From a virus: a stretch of 64,000 nucleotides of DNA. Shown piece by piece: positions 9,554-20,100 of the stretch. The stretch spans positions 3,999-67,998 of IMG/VR virus record IMGVR_UViG_3300032132_000211; one strand, written 5' to 3'. The position numbers and the translations under genes were made by a program. Each line of letters begins with the position of its first letter. Positions within the stretch are counted from its first letter, which is position 1. The notes under the pieces were generated by a model. That model worked only from the letters and a program-made list of their open reading frames with translations. It did no database searches and was not told where the DNA came from.

Positions 9554-10485
9554 TATACTAGACTCCTATAGTACTCTACAGTCTCAGCCACACCGTCTTC
9601 AAGGGAAGTCAGTTCTGGTTGTTTGCCATCGTACAGCGGAGCCAGCGTGCTAGGGTCGCCAAGAACAACTGAGTTCTCAGGTTCGCCACCGCGCATCGGC
9701 ACGTAGTTAATGCTTCCCGAACCGGCGCAGGCGATCACGATTTCAGCGATCTCCGTAACCGTAGTGTCCCGGCCAGTGCCAGCATCGAACTTAAACTGTG
9801 TGTCTTGGTCCTTTTCTGGTTGTTGAGCGTACTGCCCGTGTTCAACCGTTCCGGCCCGGACTAGTACGTCTGCGACATCCGCGACGTGGATCATGTCCAT
9901 GATCTGTGAGCCGTCACCGTAAACAGTGATTGCCTCTCCTCGCAGAGCGGGGAGTACAAAGTTCGGCATGATCTTCCTAACTGGCTTGGACTTCTGTCCA
10001 GGGCCGTAGGCGTTCAGTGCTCGGACAACTGAGATTTCAGTTCCGTGCTCTTGATTAAACATCCAGGCGAATCTCTCAGCCGTGGTTTTTGAAATTGAAT
10101 AACTGTTGTTCATCCAGTAGTTACCTACGGTGATATACACGCATTTCTTTTCGTAGTTCCTGCAAGCTTGAAATATATTCAAACTGCCAAGAATGTTCAC
10201 TTCAATCGCGGGCCTGGGCTCGTTGATTGTCTCTGAAGTACCCAAGACACCAGCGCAGTGAAACACTACGTCGTGAACGGCAACTGCTTCGTTGACCGCT
10301 GTAAAGTCTCTGATATCTCCTACCCACCAATTCACCTTCTTGTGCTCTGCGAAGAAGTCGTTGCCGTTAAACCTGTCAAAGACAGTGACCTCATGCCCCT
10401 CTTTGAGAAGCTTATCCACTGTATACCCACCTATAAATCCATTACCACCTGTCACTAAAGCCTTCATATTACTCTCCTCACCCAA
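9553..10485 (-). CDS. NAD-dependent nucleotide-sugar epimerase/dehydratase
   Basis: TGGNGFIG, YSISK, NAYGPGQ, YGDGSQIMD; likely start MKALVTGG at 10467. Confidence 0.93.
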   Translation of the reverse strand: MGEESNMKALVTGGNGFIGGYTVDKLLKEGHEVTVFDRFNGNDFFAEHKKVNWWVGDIRDFTAVNEAVAVHDVVFHCAGVLGTSETINEPRPAIEVNILGSLNIFQACRNYEKKCVYITVGNYWMNNSYSISKTTAERFAWMFNQEHGTEISVVRALNAYGPGQKSKPVRKIMPNFVLPALRGEAITVYGDGSQIMDMIHVADVADVLVRAGTVEHGQYAQQPEKDQDTQFKFDAGTGRDTTVTEIAEIVIACAGSGSINYVPMRGGEPENSVVLGDPSTLAPLYDGKQPELTSLEDGVAETVEYYRSLV

Positions 10486-11249
10486 TCCGGGTATTCAGTT
10501 GCGTTTTTGTGGCCCTTAGTAAACCACTTTTTGAGTTCCACATCATCAGTAACACGGTTATGTACGCCCCGTCCGCTTTCAATCTCTTCAGGACTCCAAA
10601 TATAAGCAGCTTTTCGTGCGTGCTCTTTTTTAATAGTATTCCAGTCAAGTCTGTGCAGATGCAATAGAAGTAAATTAGGGTCCGGTATGTCCGCCATTCC
10701 ACGATGATGCCCCACTTTCCAGCGTTGGAACTCACGCAGAACCAAGGGCTTGCACATTGCCTTGCTCTGCCACCATTTAGATCTTTGCTCAAGCAGTGGA
10801 GTGTTGGACCAGTCCAGAGCCGCCTCTCCTTCAGCTTGAATTATTTCAAAGCCACTAGTAGTGACTACCTTTTTCTTATTCCTATCTAAAAAATCCCGTA
10901 GGTCTTCATACTTTTCTAAGTTTGGAACCATGATCTCATCTATGTCTGCGTGTATAACCGTTTTATACTCATTCAAAAGAACGGAAGCTGCAGAGTTCAT
11001 AGTGTCGATAATAGAGATATGGTCAAACGCATAACCTCCCTTTACGGTTCCTGAGTAACCCGCTTGGCCGAAGTCAATCGTGCGTACATTTATACTATCC
11101 GGTACGTGTGCCTCTACACAACCATCTGTGCTGCCGTTGTCGTAAATATAAATGTCCTCGTCGTCTATGTTCTTTCTGTAGTAATCCATGAACGTTGGCA
11201 ACATTATGTTCTCGTCTTTTAGTATAGTTACTAAGGCCGTTTTACCCAT
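10464..11249 (-). CDS. GT-A fold glycosyltransferase (GT2-like)
   Basis: KDENIML, YDNGSTDG, ADIDE, GHH, LLHL. Confidence 0.85.
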   Translation of the reverse strand: MGKTALVTILKDENIMLPTFMDYYRKNIDDEDIYIYDNGSTDGCVEAHVPDSINVRTIDFGQAGYSGTVKGGYAFDHISIIDTMNSAASVLLNEYKTVIHADIDEIMVPNLEKYEDLRDFLDRNKKKVVTTSGFEIIQAEGEAALDWSNTPLLEQRSKWWQSKAMCKPLVLREFQRWKVGHHRGMADIPDPNLLLLHLHRLDWNTIKKEHARKAAYIWSPEEIESGRGVHNRVTDDVELKKWFTKGHKNATEYPDWVRRVI

Positions 11250-12550
11250 TAAACCAGACCCCCACGTATATAAAACTTCTCCTCGTGCTCCAGTACCAAG
11301 TCCTTATCTATGAAACCACAGTTAATAGCGTCATGCAACTGTCCGACCCACAGGCTTTCCAGTGGATGTCCGTGCTTCAGCCAAGGTTGGTTTTGCATAT
11401 TGGTAAAGTGTAGGAGCTTTGTTTCGCCTTCTGTGTATTTATCCAAGCAATTCCAGCAGCTGTCAATCGACTTATTCACGTCACATATCTCAAAATCAAA
11501 CATAAGACTCTCGTATGTAAGCTCGCCGCTGTCCAACATCTTAACTATCTGGTGTATGTCCCAGTTTATATTACCATCTAAAAGCAGCATCGCGTAATCA
11601 GAAGTTTTCCACCCCTCGGCGTCTAGGCGGCCTACCGCTAAGACATCAGAATCATTGAAAGGCATTTTAAATACCTTGGCAATATCACCGAACACCATCA
11701 TGTCTGAGTCCAGGTACATTGAGACACGCTTAGTCAGACTTGGTATCCAAAAGCGCTGAAAACTGAATGGGGTTCTAGGCCCGTTCCTAGGCAGCTTAGG
11801 CGCTTCATGTTCAATCTCTCTGGTGTAAAGTGGAACCACCTCTGTAAGCTTATCAGTGTGCTTCTTGATAGTGTAGTCCAAAACCAACGTAGGGATCAGC
11901 TGCTTCTCAGTGGCCCCGACAAAAATCTCTAGAGGTTCAGTTAAGCCAAGATTTATAAACTTAGCTTTATTAGCGTGCTCAAATCGTGTGATGCTGTCAA
12001 ACTGCTTATCAAACGTAGTGTGTCCGCCAGTAAACGGGGTCAGGTCTGAGAACGACGGGTCGTAAGAAACCTTGCCGTCTATTCCTAGAGCGAATACCTC
12101 TTTCTCACCGAACGCTGTAAGCATGGAAAAGATAGTATCACCGCTAAAGAAGCCACTTCTGATCTGATCCCCAAACTCCTTAGCTGTCACATGTCCTGTT
12201 GACAGGTTGTATGTGTACACTCTGCCCTCGTCAACCATTTTCTTTAATACTGGAAGCTCTTTGGTAAAGTCATTTAAGGTCTTAGCAGTTCCTCTGAACT
12301 TTATGTGCGGGCACCACGGAACCACAAGTATCTCACAGTTCGCGTAGATAGAGTCTTGGCAGTCTTCAAATACGTCGAAGTCAATCAAATGCGCGATGGT
12401 AGCCTTCTGCTCACGTATAGCGTGATTAAGCGTTATAGTCGTGTACTTGCTTAGTAGTAGATTCTTTCTCTTACTAAACGACGGGCCTTTACCCAACAAA
12501 AGTATGGGCTTCTTATTACCCTTTAACCAGTCAGAAAATGGTTTAATCAT
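11249..12550 (-). CDS. two-domain glycosyltransferase (Maf/sialyltransferase-like N-term plus GT8-like C-term)
   Basis: LLGKGPS, TLNH, ALGIDG in N-term; IFVG, TPFSFQRF, YLDSDM, WNCLD, LHFT..QPW in C-term. Confidence 0.75.
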   Translation of the reverse strand: MIKPFSDWLKGNKKPILLLGKGPSFSKRKNLLLSKYTTITLNHAIREQKATIAHLIDFDVFEDCQDSIYANCEILVVPWCPHIKFRGTAKTLNDFTKELPVLKKMVDEGRVYTYNLSTGHVTAKEFGDQIRSGFFSGDTIFSMLTAFGEKEVFALGIDGKVSYDPSFSDLTPFTGGHTTFDKQFDSITRFEHANKAKFINLGLTEPLEIFVGATEKQLIPTLVLDYTIKKHTDKLTEVVPLYTREIEHEAPKLPRNGPRTPFSFQRFWIPSLTKRVSMYLDSDMMVFGDIAKVFKMPFNDSDVLAVGRLDAEGWKTSDYAMLLLDGNINWDIHQIVKMLDSGELTYESLMFDFEICDVNKSIDSCWNCLDKYTEGETKLLHFTNMQNQPWLKHGHPLESLWVGQLHDAINCGFIDKDLVLEHEEKFYIRGGLV

Positions 12551-13215
12551 CTGTGTTCTCCTAGTGGCGGTCCGGCCAAGTATTTCAGGTCGTGCTTTTT
12601 ATCAAAAATTTCATACTGGTATCCATCGGAAGCCAAACGCTTATCAGTCCAACCACCGTGCTCAAGCCACAGAGTTCGTTTCATAACTAGCTGCAAGGCG
12701 TCTATAGCGTTGACTACCACGTTGTCACCGGCAAGTACCTTAACTATATTGCGGTTAATCTTTATTGGTCCGTTCTTAAAAACAGACTCCTGAATGGCTA
12801 TTCGGCCAGCGTACTTGTCAAGGTGCTCTGTTAGGCCGTGCATGTACTTAAGTACACCGCGATCAGTCATGATTATCGGGAATGTAAACCCATCTATATC
12901 ACCTTCACACTCTATAAAGTCCGCCATTCGTTTAAGCGTCCCTGGGTATAGGATGTTGTCAGCGTTGAAATGCAGAATGTAGTCATGTGTTGCATGATGA
13001 ATTCCAGCGTTACGATTAGTATGTCCCCAGTCTCCTATAAACTTAGGTGGTACTTGTATATCCACGGGCAACGGAACATCTTCCAGAAGAGGGCCGTCGT
13101 GGTAGCACAGAATCTCGTAGTCTGTAAAATCCTGCGTGAGTAAGGAGTCCATCGAGTCCAAGAACTGAGCGTGTGCTACCACACCTTGATAGTGTGGCAC
13201 TATGATAGAAAACAT
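12547..13215 (-). CDS. GT2-family glycosyltransferase
   Basis: FSIIVP, HDGP, GHTNRNAGI, HFNADN. Confidence 0.85.
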   Translation of the reverse strand: MFSIIVPHYQGVVAHAQFLDSMDSLLTQDFTDYEILCYHDGPLLEDVPLPVDIQVPPKFIGDWGHTNRNAGIHHATHDYILHFNADNILYPGTLKRMADFIECEGDIDGFTFPIIMTDRGVLKYMHGLTEHLDKYAGRIAIQESVFKNGPIKINRNIVKVLAGDNVVVNAIDALQLVMKRTLWLEHGGWTDKRLASDGYQYEIFDKKHDLKYLAGPPLGEHR

Positions 13216-13221
13216 CTCTGG

Positions 13222-13809
13222 TTATCCTCTTTTACCGCCGCAATATACAGGAGACTCTGGGCGTGCGTTGTGACCTGCGTTTACAATCGCTCGGTTCAAG
13301 CACTCGCCGGTCTTGTTGTCACAAACATGAGTTAGAGGTCGTCCGTACTTACCGATGCCAAAAGCAATGAACATCAAGTTGTCCTTATGTTCATCAAGCC
13401 AAGCTGTAGTGAACTCTTTGGCAGCGAGCCCTTCTACTTTACTAGCAACGCGATTTGATTCTGGAGTATCGACACCAAGAAAGCGGAGCCTGTACTCTGA
13501 AGTAACTGCTACAGCGGTCTTCTTCATGGGAAGAGCTACGTTGTTCGTAACGAGAACGTCAATGGTATCGCCATCTACAATGTTGATAACACGGTCGATT
13601 ACATACGTTTTTCCGTTCTTCTTACCACAAGCCATCTCACCAATATCAGCCTGTAGCCTCTCAAAAGCTACCTGGGCTGGGGGCTTAACGATCTCAGAGG
13701 TCACTGCCTCTGATTCCTGTGCCTGGCACATCGACCAGCAACATAACACGCAGCTTGCTGCAATGGCGCAAGCCACTATAACTGGGAGTAGTCTATTGTT
13801 ATTATACAT
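13222..13809 (-). CDS. thermonuclease (SNase-like) with N-terminal signal/anchor
   Basis: IVDGDTI, LRFLGVDTPE, GKYGRPL; hydrophobic N-terminus. Confidence 0.9.
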   Translation of the reverse strand: MYNNNRLLPVIVACAIAASCVLCCWSMCQAQESEAVTSEIVKPPAQVAFERLQADIGEMACGKKNGKTYVIDRVINIVDGDTIDVLVTNNVALPMKKTAVAVTSEYRLRFLGVDTPESNRVASKVEGLAAKEFTTAWLDEHKDNLMFIAFGIGKYGRPLTHVCDNKTGECLNRAIVNAGHNARPESPVYCGGKRG

Positions 13810-14491
13810 CTTGTAATATCTCCTTGAATTTATTCATTTGTTGTTTTACTGATTCCACATAGGGGGCGTTTATAAGTGTGTTTGTTTTACTGTGGTACTT
13901 AGGTGTACCGCTGTTGAACGCTGCGATATGCTCTTCTAGACTTGGGTGCCTCTTTATCCTGCTAAGTAGATACTTAGTAGAGTAGTAGATACCCTGATCT
14001 GGATCGCACAGTTCAGTTAGGTAGGGGCCTTTGAAGCCCATCTCCCTAGCTGTTTGTCCTAGGATCTGCATCGGACCGTACGACGTTGACCGCCCTACCA
14101 TCTCTGTCTTTTTACTGACGTACTGCTTCAATCCACGTACTGCGTCATCTCCTGAGATTCTCCTAGAAAGCCAGCTGAAAAACCCCGGCTCGTACCGATA
14201 GGCATAGGGGTTGCCTCTACTCTCTTGGTACATGATAGCGAACACAAGCTCTTTAGGGATGTAGTAGGTACTTGTGTCTCCTGTTAAGGCGGATATAACC
14301 GTTTCAACTCTACCGAAGTAGGTATCAACAATCCACTTACGCAGGTCGTCATCGTTAGTTTGGACATCATAGTACTTGTCCATGTTTACTGCGGTTGCTG
14401 CCGCTATGCATTCAACTATCATATAATTACTCCTAGCATTCAAAAATTTTTCCATCGTATATGGCTCTTCTTTTGTTTCCAGTCTTGCCAT
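13802..14491 (-). CDS. lytic transglycosylase (SLT), probable endolysin
   Basis: AIMYQES, YRYEP, SYGPMQI, AAFNSG. Confidence 0.85.
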   Translation of the reverse strand: MARLETKEEPYTMEKFLNARSNYMIVECIAAATAVNMDKYYDVQTNDDDLRKWIVDTYFGRVETVISALTGDTSTYYIPKELVFAIMYQESRGNPYAYRYEPGFFSWLSRRISGDDAVRGLKQYVSKKTEMVGRSTSYGPMQILGQTAREMGFKGPYLTELCDPDQGIYYSTKYLLSRIKRHPSLEEHIAAFNSGTPKYHSKTNTLINAPYVESVKQQMNKFKEILQDV

Positions 14492-15290
14492 GAGACTTAA
14501 TGTGGATTAACTGTGCGTTATAGTCCTTGTTTCCGTCGTTACGGTAGTGGACTACTGCCATACCATGCTGCCAGTTTGGTTCAGGCAGATACTCTACAGT
14601 TTCTCTCTCACAAAGACAACCTATTTCAAAACCGGCCTGGTCGCCGCCACCGCGAGTCTTTCGATAGAAAGCCCCTAACCTGTGAATATGACCTAGCATT
14701 ACATCGCAATTCATCTTCTCAATATTTGACTTGGCTGTCATTGCTGAGTGGGCGCAGCCGCCCTTAGATACTCGATCTCCGTGAGAGATAAACAGTCGGC
14801 CTAGGTACATGAACTCTTTATACGACACCTTTTTGTCGTCAACACCTAGAAGAGATTGAACGTTCAAGCTCCTAAGACCCTTCAGTCCTGGTGCCTTCTC
14901 TACTAGGTACTTATCCAGCCTAGCTTCGTGATTACCAGACAAGATTGTCACTGGAGCCAGTTCAGCCCACTTGTGGATGATGCTTGATGCCTCATCCAAC
15001 TCTTTTTGTAAATGAACGCCAGAAGCGCGATCAGGATCTTTTGTGTATCTAGACACTGGGTAGAAGTCTACTAGGTCTCCAACTTGAACAATTTGATCTG
15101 GCTTTACGTAGTTCATAATTGCTTCAGCTAGTTTGAGTGATGCCTTGTCCTGGTATGGAATATGCACGTCTGGCAGAACACATGCAATTTTTAACTTGGT
15201 GTTTACTACATTCTTCTTAGAGAGTGAGTTGCTAGGCTTTTTAGTTTTAATCAATTTATAAGCTCCTACTATCTGTTTATTTCCGCGCAC
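14433..15290 (-). CDS. calcineurin-like metallophosphoesterase
   Basis: PDVH, GDLVD, GNHE, HG, GHIH, GCLC, NWQHG. Confidence 0.88.
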   Translation of the reverse strand: MRGNKQIVGAYKLIKTKKPSNSLSKKNVVNTKLKIACVLPDVHIPYQDKASLKLAEAIMNYVKPDQIVQVGDLVDFYPVSRYTKDPDRASGVHLQKELDEASSIIHKWAELAPVTILSGNHEARLDKYLVEKAPGLKGLRSLNVQSLLGVDDKKVSYKEFMYLGRLFISHGDRVSKGGCAHSAMTAKSNIEKMNCDVMLGHIHRLGAFYRKTRGGGDQAGFEIGCLCERETVEYLPEPNWQHGMAVVHYRNDGNKDYNAQLIHIKSHGKTGNKRRAIYDGKIFEC

Positions 15291-15550
15291 TGTGCGTTTA
15301 ACAGTTTAATATGATTTTTGAGCAAAAGTTCTCGCTCAAATAATATGTAATAATTAAACTCGTCAAAGCATCTATACTCCTCACCCATCTCCCATATCTT
15401 TTCCGGGAAGGCCGCAGGCAGTTGGGGCCTGGCATGAGTTTCACAAACGAGTTCTAATGGTTTACGTGCGCAGCCAATGCTAAGAACTACGAAAATTATC
15501 GTCAATATCGTCTGTACTAGCGGACCGTAATTTCTTTTTAAGTTTTTCAT
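15269..15550 (-). CDS. lipoprotein, o-spanin candidate
   Basis: Hydrophobic stretch ending in lipobox LSIGC, Pro-rich, overlaps upstream gene in lysis region. Confidence 0.6.
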   Translation of the reverse strand: MKNLKRNYGPLVQTILTIIFVVLSIGCARKPLELVCETHARPQLPAAFPEKIWEMGEEYRCFDEFNYYILFERELLLKNHIKLLNAQCAEINR

Positions 15551-15761
15551 TTAGCTCTTTCCGAGCCTCCTTTGTTCTCAATCTGACCTCAAGGGTCTTT
15601 ACTTTATTCTCTAATCTATGTATCTTAGAGCGCATAAGTCGCGTTCTTAGATCCGCTAGCCAACCGGGTATCCGGTTGGCTAGCTTCATTAGTCCTGCGG
15701 CTATCTGTAGGACGTTAACCAGCACCTGTGTCTTGTCCTTTACTAGGACGACGCTGTTCAA
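15480..15761 (-). CDS. coiled-coil protein, i-spanin candidate
   Basis: Basic coiled coil overlapping the lipoprotein gene; TM segment weak, start uncertain. Confidence 0.4.
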   Translation of the reverse strand: MNSVVLVKDKTQVLVNVLQIAAGLMKLANRIPGWLADLRTRLMRSKIHRLENKVKTLEVRLRTKEARKELNEKLKKKLRSASTDDIDDNFRSS

Positions 15762-15936
15762 AATAGCTGGTCACGATTAACGTGAAAGCCATTATTGACC
15801 AGTCTTCAACCGCCAGCTGATTAACTGCCATGTAGAGCAAAGCTCCAACAGTCGCTAACGCGATGGTCGCCCTGACGGAGCCTTCCGGTAGCCAGAGTGG
15901 CGTGGACTTTTTGAGATTAGCCATTGCCAGAGCCAC
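15715..15936 (-). CDS. small two-TM membrane protein, holin candidate
   Basis: Two hydrophobic helices and charged C-terminus, lysis context. Confidence 0.55.
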   Translation of the reverse strand: MALAMANLKKSTPLWLPEGSVRATIALATVGALLYMAVNQLAVEDWSIMAFTLIVTSYFEQRRPSKGQDTGAG

Positions 15937-16258
15937 CTACCGCGCCTTCATCCTTTAGCTTGGCAAGAGCACTCTCGATAATGAAGTTAAGTAGATTCCC
16001 AGCTAGCGAAAATCCAGCTTCAGTAGCACGTGCCTTTAAGTACGCAGCAACTTCACCGCGTTTCTCAAGTCCGCTGCCGGGGGCAGGGAACTTGTTCTCT
16101 GCGTCGAGGATAGCGCGTTGGGCTTCTACCATCAGCATGTCTGCACCTAGCTTTCCGACTACGGCTATTAGCTGAGTTGCAACGTCGAGAACGGCCCGAC
16201 CGAATACCGAATTGTATAGTAAGCGAAAGAAATCTCTGATCTTAGTGAAAAATGACAT
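15917..16258 (-). CDS. holin-like protein (LL-H-like)
   Basis: AEN..P..G.G.EKR...IIESAL pattern; GGAGG RBS. Confidence 0.5.
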   Translation of the reverse strand: MSFFTKIRDFFRLLYNSVFGRAVLDVATQLIAVVGKLGADMLMVEAQRAILDAENKFPAPGSGLEKRGEVAAYLKARATEAGFSLAGNLLNFIIESALAKLKDEGAVGGSGNG

Positions 16259-16279
16259 ATGTATGCCTCCTGTATTTGT

Positions 16280-17125
16280 TTATATTGTTTCTATTAAACC
16301 GATGGTGAGAGAGAAGACCTCGCCAGTAACTTTGTACTGTACCTTTGTGGCCTTATTTATCACCGCTCGGGTGGTATAGGCTCTGCCTAAATTTCCATCG
16401 TTCTCAAAGAAAATAATAGGTGTAGTTCGGTTTAGGAACACATCTAGTATCGCCGTTTGGCTGTCCTCTAGGTAGTCTCGTGAGGGTATGTTAATAGTAA
16501 CGAACCGCTCCCCTACCTCAACAGGCTCAATCGCGCCGCCTGGAAACTTTGTGACAATCTGAGGGTCGGTGATAGAGTAACTTATATTGTTAATCTTTCC
16601 GCCTTCCAGACCTAACTCATTGCCCTCTTCTACGTAAGTAACCGCGCCCCATTCAAAGCCAGCGGTGTACGCTGCGTCTGCGGCTAGTGTTGTACTGCCG
16701 CCAGCTATTACTCTGATCTTGTCTATGGTGCTTCCGTTGAAAGTTACTGTACTATCAAACCGGACGTAAACCTTTCTACGCCCTGTGAACGGGTCTTTTA
16801 CAATTGTCTTACCTGCTGAGTCGGCAGTCACCGTTAACTGGTTGCCCAGGGCAGAGTTGAACGTATGGAATGTAACCTCTCCATCAAAATTAACATTGTC
16901 CACAAAACACCCTGCAAGAACCGTGCCAGACGGAACGTCCATCAACACTTTTGAAGCAGAAGCAGTATCCGTAGTTCTGAACGTGCGGAGAGGATGCGTC
17001 CTGTCCTGAACGTTCACTAGCCCGTAATCGACATCAGCGATCTCAGTGGAACTGCCCGTGGTTTCAGCTACGATCCCTGCTTCCGCATCAAGTACTAAAA
17101 TTGGCCCTATTATTGAAGTAGACAT
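16280..17125 (-). CDS. tail-associated structural protein (distal tail-like)
   Basis: Beta-rich, immediately downstream of large tail protein. Confidence 0.55.
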   Translation of the reverse strand: MSTSIIGPILVLDAEAGIVAETTGSSTEIADVDYGLVNVQDRTHPLRTFRTTDTASASKVLMDVPSGTVLAGCFVDNVNFDGEVTFHTFNSALGNQLTVTADSAGKTIVKDPFTGRRKVYVRFDSTVTFNGSTIDKIRVIAGGSTTLAADAAYTAGFEWGAVTYVEEGNELGLEGGKINNISYSITDPQIVTKFPGGAIEPVEVGERFVTINIPSRDYLEDSQTAILDVFLNRTTPIIFFENDGNLGRAYTTRAVINKATKVQYKVTGEVFSLTIGLIETI

Positions 17126-17139
17126 AGTACATTATATCA

Positions 17140-20100
17140 TCATCTCCCCGTAGAAGCGATAATATTTTCATCTCCTGGTAGCGGGCCGGGATCATAATCG
17201 AAGATTTGAGCCGAATACCCGTTTAGCGTTAGTTGAACTGTGATTCCATCAGAGGACACTTCTGCCACCTGAAAGATTTCTGATGTGATATTTAGCCTAG
17301 GAATGGAGATCTCAACCAGATTTCCGTACTTGAGAGGCATGCCTTCCTGCCCTACGGTTATGTTTAAGACCTTTGAAGCAACTCGCAGCTTCTTTCCTAG
17401 GTAATCTGCCACCTTGTCTGCCGTCTTGTGATCCAAAATATAAGGATTCTGGTATACCTTCTTGGATGCCCCATAAGGCAGGACATTCCTCTCCACAAAT
17501 GAGTGGTAATTCAAGTTACCTTCCGTGTCGTGAAACTGCCTGTACTCGATCCTAACGTCTTTAACTGCTTCATCGGAAGACCTGTGTTTCAAGGACTTCA
17601 CGTTTACAATGTTATTAAACACGCCATCGCCCTGACCGAACTTAGCTGCTACTACCGTATTCGAGTCATCCACGAGGATCTTCCATTTGCCAGTAGCTGT
17701 TTTCTTTACGGTCATGCCACGAACCATGCCCAGGTCATTCAGAATATCTGATAGCTTCCTGGGAGTAGCCTGAGCGAAGTCACACTTTAATTCAAGGTCA
17801 TCTAGGATAACAGTTGACAGATCGAAGTTCAATCCGTCTACTCGTTCTCCTGCTCCGGTGATAGGATCGGAGAGTACGCGTTTAATTGTCTGGACATAAT
17901 TTCTGTGCAGATTCCTGTTCTTAATTGAAGTTCCAGTTCCTTCAATAAAGGGCACATGTATAGTTGTATTCTTTTCAAAATCACTGTTCTCTCCTTGTAG
18001 TTCCTGGCAGAAGCCGCCTTTAATTCCTCGGGACATGAGATCTAGTTGCATCTTGGCGAATTCCAGCCCGCCTGCGTAGTCCAATATACCGAAGAACGAT
18101 ATGTCTCCTACCCATCTCTGACTGTAGATTGCGTTTGAAGCGACGACTAAGTCACTTGAATCAAAATCACTTGACAGTGATTTGCCACATGCTCGGGTCG
18201 CTTCCAACTGTCCGTTCAGATATAAGTTCAATGTAGCCCCTGCGCGCTCTAGCTGCATGTAGACAGGAACCTTGGAATCAGCGGGAGTCAAAGATTCGGC
18301 TCCACTTGCTGCTGTTCCGATATCCACCATAGAGCCATTCACCCTCACAGACCCGAAAGCCTTACCACCCGCCATGCCTAGAGCATAGCTCGGTTTTGAA
18401 TTAGTTGAAGTCTCTTTTGCCACGGCGATTGAATCTTCTGCTACATCACCGCGCCATACTCCGTAGAAGTAAACAGTGAAGTCTCCTTCATGAGTCATCA
18501 AAGCTGGAACGTCATCGAACTCAACACGTCCGTTCTTGTCGCCAGGAACACCGCCTAGGAAAGTGGTTTCATCTAATCCTGATGTGCCCAAGTTCCACGC
18601 GCTCTCTGGGTTAGAGAAGTTAAACCTAACAGCATAACCGGAGTCTCCCGGTCCCTGCACCCAAGACATTGTAGTAGAACCCATCAAGGGCACTGTAGAT
18701 GTAATGGCTGTTGGAACAGTGTCACAACCTGCGACTTTCATGTCGTAGCCAATCGGGAAGATATTACTGCCTACCGGGACTGGATTAGATGCCACTACGT
18801 TGTTGTACTCCCAGATAGCTTCGTAAGAATCTCTGATGTAAGTCCAGTCAATCGAGTAGTCCACGCCTTCTTCGGGATCGCCTTCTCCATCCTCGGCTAA
18901 AACCACATTGTGAATCAATCCTTTGAAGTCACCCGTGCTAGCCGCTGATCCTCCGATCACGAGATCACCCGCACCGTCTAGCTCATATCTTTGGTTGCTA
19001 AGAAGTGACGCCAGCTCTGAGTCTTGCATTATGTCGTCAACCATCAGTCTAGAGTAGTCCCTGTCTGCACTAGCAAAGTCTCGCTTAACAAGCAGGTCGA
19101 TCTTGTGGATGTTCCCGTCGTTCAGCTGAATTCCTGTAGTGATAGACGCAGAGTAAAGTGTGTCGTAAGAACCTAGGCCCACGTCACCTAGACGTGCCCT
19201 AGCTACGTACTTGTCGGCGTCACCGCCAGCAGGCAAGAAAGTGTCCTCGCTCTGAATGTCTAAGATAAAGCCGTCTGTAGTGCCAGTGCTTCTTCGTGCA
19301 ACGGTTCCTTCCAGTTCACCCGCACCGTTCTGGGATACGTATGCTGTCAGGCGGAAGTCCTCAGTCGGTGAGAAGTCAAGCTGCGTGGTGGGTGTTATCC
19401 CAGCGTGCAGGATGCTTACAGTCCCAAGACCCGCTGTGCCGAATGCTTCCAGTGCTGTCTTAGCACTATTGTATGTAGGTTGGCTGTCGTCCCCTGTTAA
19501 GTGGTTCGTTGCTACAGAGTCATTTATATCTCCGTTGAATTTCCATTCGCCTCGCTTGTCTTTAATCGGGGACCAATTTATTTTGTCTTCTAAACTTCTG
19601 TGCCTATTGGTGCTTGCCACCGTGTAGTGATCTCCCTCTGTGAAATCCATGTAACCGATAGTAGCGTCGCTTATGTCAACAAGAGTCTGCGACACGCCGA
19701 CTACTGCCGTGACCTGTGTGAACTGCGCGGTAGTAGTGGCCCCTGTGAAAGTATCTGTGAACCCACTTCCTGCCAGCTTATTAGCCGAGGTTCCTGCCTG
19801 TCTAGAGAATGTACCTGTAGTTACTCCTGCCGCAAACACTGAAGGCTGTGTTGCTCCGTCTATTCCTGAAGTGAGAGCGGGGAGGAAAGTTATACCATCA
19901 GAATTGTTAGGATGAGTTTGCCAGTCTCTGCCTTCCACATATCCTATTGCGGAAAGGAACTTTGAAACAGGAGTGAAAGCAGGGTATAGATTGTAAGGCG
20001 TAGCCAAGCCAACATCCACGCCATGGTCAGCTACGGGGTGCGGAAGAGCTAAAGGCCCGGTCCTGACACTGGTTGTGATGATGAAAGAAGCGAACCTAAC

